A stretch of 39,395 bases of DNA from Acidimicrobiia bacterium (GTDB lineage Bacteria; Actinomycetota; Acidimicrobiia; Acidimicrobiales; JANYDT01): NCBI GenBank assembly GCA_043754155.1, contig JAYUVJ010000093.1, forward strand, positions 1-39,395, in the 5' to 3' direction. Of the stretch, positions 34,517-39,395 are shown piece after piece; position 1 is the first letter of the stretch; the number at the start of each line of letters is the position of its first letter. The position numbers were made by a program, and so were the translations under genes. The notes below the pieces were generated by a model that was not told where the DNA came from, made no database searches, and saw only the letters and a program-made list of their open reading frames with translations.

Positions 34517-35353
34517 TTAGGCAAGAGACCCGTAGGTTCCGGCGCCAGTCATGGCTACGTGGATTGGATCGAGCAACTCGGCCAGACGTTTTGCTCCTGC
34601 TTCGCCGATCGGCTTCCAGATTGATTCGCACAGCCGATCGGTTTCGTCCTCTAGGTGTTCCCGAGCGGTAACACCGGCTTCGGTCATTGCTCCATTGTTG
34701 GTCACCCATCCACGAGCATTTAAACCAACAATGGCCTTCGCCCACTCCTGCTCGTTCCACATCCGTGTTGCCTGGGTAATGGCGAGCGGAAAACGGCCGG
34801 TGCCAACTTGGAGAACCATGGACTCGCACGGACCAATGTCGTTGGCGACCAGGAGCGCAATGTGGACATCACCACGCCATTCGCGAATGATCGTCACCTG
34901 TTGCCATAACGCTAGTAGTGCATCATCGGGTAGGGGCACCGCCGAGTTAGCCCCAGCCAGTGGCTTGCCCGCCAAACTTAATCCAGCGACGACGGGATCA
35001 ATAAGCGCGCGTGCCTCTGCGATTTGTTCTGGTGACGGGGCGCAGTCCACGCGGTCAAACGATCGTCGAATCGCGCGAAAGCGCGCGGCTTGCAGTTCCT
35101 GTGGCGTAGCACCGGCCCAGACTTTGCCGATCTCTGCTGTACGTACGGCTTTTTCGCTGAAGTTATAAAACGTGGCGAGAATTACCTCATCGGGAACCAC
35201 CCCTATCGGAGCAGTTCGTGAAGCAAAGTACGTGCCTCGACCTGGCTCTACCCCAAGCGTCGCGTATTCTTCGTTGGCCTCAGGTACAAAGTACACAGGG
35301 CGATGAGCCATGCTGATTGCTGCGTGAACACTGCGAACGATTGAGCGATCCAT
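34517..35353 (-). CDS. SCO6745-family protein (function unknown), paralog 2
   Basis: 278-aa ORF with HRPVYFVPEA...YFASRTAPIG...IIREWRGDVHIALL...TRMWNEQEWAKAIVGLNARGWV. The motif order is the same as in 23917-24858. Confidence 0.6.
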   Translation of the reverse strand: MDRSIVRSVHAAISMAHRPVYFVPEANEEYATLGVEPGRGTYFASRTAPIGVVPDEVILATFYNFSEKAVRTAEIGKVWAGATPQELQAARFRAIRRSFDRVDCAPSPEQIAEARALIDPVVAGLSLAGKPLAGANSAVPLPDDALLALWQQVTIIREWRGDVHIALLVANDIGPCESMVLQVGTGRFPLAITQATRMWNEQEWAKAIVGLNARGWVTNNGAMTEAGVTAREHLEDETDRLCESIWKPIGEAGAKRLAELLDPIHVAMTGAGTYGSLA

Positions 35354-35674
35354 CCCCGCATACTATCGATCGATTTTCACCCCAACCCCATCCAATTGGG
35401 ACAACGTGTTTTGAGCAGTTCTGGAAAGTGGGTCGAACCGGTTCTGTACACAAAGAAGTTGCAAATAAGCAAATGTTCGTCGAGAGTGCGGTCGAAATAC
35501 CTGTCGGGAAACGCGAAATTCACCGGACTCGACTTGTGAACCTAAACATTGCAGACCCTCAAGATCGAACCGTGGTGGTCTCGGTTTAGACGGCGAGGCC
35601 CCGATAAAGCTGGGCTATCGCCTTCGTTTACGGGCTGTGAGTTTCACCAGGGGGACCGCCAGTACGCTTGACGG

Positions 35675-37192
35675 GTGGTTGCTAACAGTTCCGATCCCAT
35701 CGAGCAGTTCCTTTTGATTACGGAGCGTTCGATTTTGGAGGGAACGTTTACCAAAGCGGTGTTGGCGAAACCCCGAGCGGGAACTGATGTGGAGCGAGTA
35801 ACCATCCGTTTGGTTGCCGTCCGCGGTGAAAGCGTTTTGTCGTGCGTGTACAGCCATGCCACCAAAGACATCACCAAGAACATTCCCATCGCCGACGTGC
35901 GCGCCACATTACGTGGATTGTTGCAAGGTTCGTTCCTCCGCGGGCATTTGCTTTCGACGACGGAAAATATTGATCTGTCGATTTCCAAAAAGGGCAAGGC
36001 GGTGATGCATCAGGTAAAGGTGAACCCGCTAGCAAAGCCATCATCGAATTCCACAGCAAATTCCAAAACGAGTCCGCTTAATGGTGCTGCGGATCCGCGT
36101 TATGTGTCTACGCAGAATAGGTTTACCGAGCCCTCGCGGGAAGCTGAGTCCGATTCAGTTGCTCACCAAGCTTCAGAGGCTGCGCCTGCTGTGACGGTGA
36201 CAGCTAGCCGCGATCGACCCTGGTCTACGCAACGGGCAACCACACAATCGGTGACTCAGCAGACGGCAACCGGCGAGACGGCAGTGCCTTTGGGTGCAAC
36301 GGTAACGCCCGGAGATTCGAGCGTTCATGATTCCTCATCTCCAATTTCCCAAAGCTCGGTCTCGCTTGCTCCCGAAGGGCATGATCGCATAAAGCAACGT
36401 TTTGTCGACGTGAACCGTGCGTACCTGGTGGATCTTGGGGTAACGCTTGAAGATGGTCGAGTGGTCCCGGCGATGGCTCGAAAGTGGAAGCAGATCAACA
36501 GGTTTGTCGAAACTCTCGACGGCGCACTGAAAACAAGTGCACTTAGGAAATCGGATTCTGTACGTGTTGTTGATTTTGGGGCTGGAAGGGGATACCTCAC
36601 GTTTGCCTTGCACGATCATTTGCTGAACACGCTCGCCAAGAAAACAATGGTCACTGGAGTGGAACTCCGCGAATCTCTCGTTGCCGAGGCCAATGCGATT
36701 GCGCTCAAAAACAATTCCGACGGGCTGCAATTCGTATGCGGTGATATCGCAACGGTCGCTGGCGAGGGCACCGTTGATGTGATGGTTGCCTTGCACGCCT
36801 GTGATGTGGCCACCGATATGGCTATTCACCGGGGCATCAGAGCCGGGGCGGCGATCATTGTGTGTTCACCGTGCTGTCATAAAGATGTTCGTCGGCAGAT
36901 GCAAAGCCCTGAAGTGTTGCAACCGCTTCTTCAGTTTGGCGTTCATCTCGGCCAAGAGGCTGACATGGTGACGGATACGATCCGCGCTCTGCTCCTCGAA
37001 GCCAACGGGTACGACACCAAGGTGTTCGAGTTTGTCGGCCTTGAACATTCCGGCAAGAACAAGATGATTCTCGGTGTCGCTCGAACCCAACCGGATGAAG
37101 CCCGAGCCGAGCAAGCACTCGCGCAAGTGGCCGCGCTCAAAAAGTTTTACAGCATCAGTCACCAACGCCTTGAAACCCTCCTCAACGGCTAA
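35675..37192 (+). CDS. Class I SAM-dependent methyltransferase (Methyltransf_32-like) with an N-terminal domain and a Ser/Thr/Ala-rich insert
   Basis: 505-aa ORF with a GTG start. It has motif I VRVVDFGAGRGYLTFALH, VTGVELRE, LQFVCGDI and DVMVALHACDVATD...IVCSPCCHK. A low-complexity segment of about 130 aa separates the N-terminal module from the MTase fold. Confidence 0.7.
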   Translation: MVANSSDPIEQFLLITERSILEGTFTKAVLAKPRAGTDVERVTIRLVAVRGESVLSCVYSHATKDITKNIPIADVRATLRGLLQGSFLRGHLLSTTENIDLSISKKGKAVMHQVKVNPLAKPSSNSTANSKTSPLNGAADPRYVSTQNRFTEPSREAESDSVAHQASEAAPAVTVTASRDRPWSTQRATTQSVTQQTATGETAVPLGATVTPGDSSVHDSSSPISQSSVSLAPEGHDRIKQRFVDVNRAYLVDLGVTLEDGRVVPAMARKWKQINRFVETLDGALKTSALRKSDSVRVVDFGAGRGYLTFALHDHLLNTLAKKTMVTGVELRESLVAEANAIALKNNSDGLQFVCGDIATVAGEGTVDVMVALHACDVATDMAIHRGIRAGAAIIVCSPCCHKDVRRQMQSPEVLQPLLQFGVHLGQEADMVTDTIRALLLEANGYDTKVFEFVGLEHSGKNKMILGVARTQPDEARAEQALAQVAALKKFYSISHQRLETLLNG

Positions 37193-37229
37193 GGCCGCGA
37201 ACCCGTTCGAAGTGCACTAAAACGGGAGG

Positions 37230-38018
37230 GTGCTGATTGTTGTTTCGCCTGCCAAATCCCTCGATTACGAATCGCCCTTAGCGACGAAAAAGTTCAGTGA
37301 GCCCGCACACTTGGAGCGCGCCGCTGAACTGATTGAAGTGATGCGGACAAAGTCGCCTGGTCAGATAGCAGAGCTGATGGACATCTCCCCGGCGTTGGCT
37401 CAGCTGAACTTTGACCGCTATCACGATTGGGATCGGGCGTTCACCTCTAAGAATTCCCGTGCTGCGCTGCTTGCCTTCAACGGTGATGTCTACGACGGAA
37501 TGGATGCCCGCAACTCATTTTCCGAGCGGGATTTCACTCACGCGCAGAAAACTTTGCGAATATTGTCGGGCCTCTATGGCGTGTTGCGGCCGCTCGATTT
37601 GATGATGCCCTACCGGCTGGAGATGGGTACCAAGCTCACCACAAAAATGGGTAAAGATCTTTACGGTTTTTGGGGAGATACCATCACCAACGCAATTCGT
37701 GAAGCATTGGCCGAAAGTCCCGGGGACGGAGCCCTGGTCAATTTGGCTTCAATAGAATATTTTGGTTCGGTAAAGCCGGCGAAGCTTGATGCCCCGGTTA
37801 TAGCTCCGGCCTTTTACGACGCTGACAAATCTGGCAAACCCAAGATCATTAGCTTCTTCGCTAAGCGAGCCCGTGGCGTCATGTCTGCTTGGATCATACG
37901 TGAACGGATTACATCCCGCAAAGCCCTGGTCAATTTCGACGGCATGGGTTACCGTTACGACAAAATTCAATCCACCGAGTTACGGCCCGTTTTCACCCGG
38001 GTGGAGTCTGCACTTTGA
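37230..38018 (+). CDS. yaaA: Peroxide stress protein YaaA (UPF0246)
   Basis: (M)LIVVSPAKSLDYESP aligns with E. coli YaaA MLILISPAKTLDYQSP, and the 262-aa length fits. The GTG start is abutted by GGGAGG with no spacer, so the SD assignment is doubtful. Confidence 0.85.
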   Translation: MLIVVSPAKSLDYESPLATKKFSEPAHLERAAELIEVMRTKSPGQIAELMDISPALAQLNFDRYHDWDRAFTSKNSRAALLAFNGDVYDGMDARNSFSERDFTHAQKTLRILSGLYGVLRPLDLMMPYRLEMGTKLTTKMGKDLYGFWGDTITNAIREALAESPGDGALVNLASIEYFGSVKPAKLDAPVIAPAFYDADKSGKPKIISFFAKRARGVMSAWIIRERITSRKALVNFDGMGYRYDKIQSTELRPVFTRVESAL

Positions 38019-38056
38019 GAAGTGGAGATCGGTATGTCAACCGGTTTGGGCCCGGT

Positions 38057-39271
38057 TCAAATACCGAACTCGGCACGAAAGGCTTCGATTTTTCGCACAG
38101 AACGGAACTCACCGGCGCGAGCCCAACCGAGCGCGATGAATCCCAGCATGATGATCGAAGCGGATCCATAGGCGCGAACTGGACCAAAGGATTCGTAAGC
38201 CGCTGCGGCAGCAACTGCGGCCAAACCCCCGGTGAGGGTCATCACGCCCCCCAGCAAGCCTTGCGCACCCGCAAGCTGATCAACCGGCGCAGTGAGTGTT
38301 ACCCCGACGGCCGCGCTCGATGCCGTAAAAGAATCGTTAATGGCATGCAGCACACCAATAAAGATCAAAATCTGCGGAACAGCAATCGAACCATAGAGGG
38401 TCACGAACACCGCTCCTAACAAAAGACCTGCCGCGCCGGTCACGAACGGCCCCCGGCGCTCGATGAACACCCCGCCCCGTTCGCCGAGAAACACCATCGG
38501 CAAAGCGAAAACAATGATGCCAATGGTGGTGAATTTATACGATGCGTGCATGTCTTTAATGCGCAGTGCCCATAGCGAGTCAAACACCCCAATCATGATG
38601 AAAAAGGCAATCCCGTAACAGCATGCCGATTGCATCCACCGGAACTTCAATAGGCCGAGTGCAAAACGCGGAACGGTGCTCGGGCCGCGCGCAATAGCAT
38701 CGGCCTCGGAACCATCAGCGTTACGTTCATCGAGATGCAATTGCGCAACAAACGGGATACTCCCAGCGATAACGGCGGCGATGCCGTAAAAGGGCCAACG
38801 CAAACCAAGCGGCCCTACCAGAATCGCTGCGATGGCGGGCCCGCAAAGAAACCCGGCGACATCGTAGGAGAGCAAACCACCCTGGTTCCTGCCCACATTT
38901 TCAGGATCCGCCAAAGCCACAGCCCGGCGGATCGCTGGATACGCAGCGCCAATTCCCAGACCCATCAATGCCCGTCCGCTGAGCAGCCCAACCGCACCCG
39001 AAGAAGCGCCCATCAAGGCAATACCGAGCACATTGCCCCCGATTCCACCAACCAACAACGATCGGGCATGACCGCGATCTGCCATAGGAGCAACGAGAAT
39101 CTGCGCGGCGAACGAAGTGAAGAAACCCACGCCAACGATCCAGCCAATCATTGACGACGACAGCCCATAGGCATCGCGCAACTTCGCTGTCAGGGCAAAC
39201 ATTAGCCCGTATCCACTAGAAAGCGTGGCCGCCACCAGCTTCAACATCAATATCACTCGCTTGGCGCTCAC
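38057..39271 (-). CDS. MFS transporter
   Basis: 404-aa ORF with a GTG start and about 12 hydrophobic spans. A motif-A-like sequence is APMADRGHARSLLVGG. Confidence 0.75.
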   Translation of the reverse strand: MSAKRVILMLKLVAATLSSGYGLMFALTAKLRDAYGLSSSMIGWIVGVGFFTSFAAQILVAPMADRGHARSLLVGGIGGNVLGIALMGASSGAVGLLSGRALMGLGIGAAYPAIRRAVALADPENVGRNQGGLLSYDVAGFLCGPAIAAILVGPLGLRWPFYGIAAVIAGSIPFVAQLHLDERNADGSEADAIARGPSTVPRFALGLLKFRWMQSACCYGIAFFIMIGVFDSLWALRIKDMHASYKFTTIGIIVFALPMVFLGERGGVFIERRGPFVTGAAGLLLGAVFVTLYGSIAVPQILIFIGVLHAINDSFTASSAAVGVTLTAPVDQLAGAQGLLGGVMTLTGGLAAVAAAAAYESFGPVRAYGSASIIMLGFIALGWARAGEFRSVRKIEAFRAEFGI

Positions 39272-39297
39272 TTACTCAACGGTAGCGGGCAAAGCGA

Positions 39298-39316
39298 AGA
39301 AATTCCCGGGATTTCT
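39298..39316. promoter_or_regulatory. 19-bp near-perfect palindrome AGAAATTCCCGGGATTTCT, candidate operator
   Basis: 8 of 9 arm positions are complementary (one T/G). It lies 27-45 bp upstream of the MFS start at 39271. Confidence 0.3.
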
Positions 39317-39395
39317 GTAATTGGATGCCTGTTTGTCAGCGAGCAAGTTGTAGGGCAGTAATAAGTATACAGATGATCAACATGAGGCCGGCGGG

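Noticed and set aside
35555-35575. TCGAACC (reverse complement GGTTCGA) resembling a tRNA T-loop
   Set aside because: The flanking bases cannot form a T-stem or an acceptor stem on either strand, so this is not a tRNA.
38036-38056. Hairpin AACCGG-tttgggc-CCGGTT between the convergent yaaA and MFS genes as a bidirectional terminator
   Set aside because: The stem is short and there is no U-tract on either strand.

Overview
This is a 39.4-kb chromosomal segment of mid GC content. Its gene content looks actinobacterial, which is an inference from five things: a UPF0182 membrane protein beside a PDZ/Lon-S16 protease (the arrangement I recall for M. tuberculosis Rv3193c/Rv3194c), an actinobacterial-type ValRS N-terminus, DUF4333 domains, SCO6745-family genes and DUF222/13E12-type sequences.

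The content is mostly housekeeping and metabolic:
- a partial HEAT-repeat gene
- PDZ-Lon protease, a large DivIVA-domain protein and UPF0182, followed by an initiator tRNA-Met
- an S9 peptidase and a DUF4143 AAA ATPase
- sulfite reductase hemoprotein with a split siroheme synthase (SirC-like plus CobA)
- MarR, a DUF4333 protein, a PhyH-type dioxygenase, valS, an SDR, cysS, two MFS transporters and an acyl-CoA dehydrogenase
- a 2OG-Fe(II) oxygenase, HutD, an OYE flavoenzyme, a Methyltransf_32-type methyltransferase and yaaA

I found no rRNA, CRISPR array or intact mobile element.

The most notable result is a glutathione peroxidase gene on the minus strand (19312-19785). It carries one in-frame TGA exactly at the catalytic Cys/Sec position, followed by a hairpin whose apical part matches the E. 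coli fdhF SECIS core. It is therefore a predicted selenoprotein, and the ORF track shows only its C-terminal 72 aa.

Other observations:
- Four decayed gene remnants: a DUF234-type ATPase tail, a DUF222/HNH piece, a tyrosine integrase and a GH3 glycosidase.
- An unusually dense set of short tandem repeats (units of 7, 8, 9, 12, 13, 15 and 84 bp) in both coding and non-coding DNA.
- Two paralogous SCO6745-family genes.
- A Cys4 tail on the SirC-like protein.

I did not find a convincing multi-gene novel system such as a defence or secretion locus. All homology statements come from motif recognition by eye, not from database searches.
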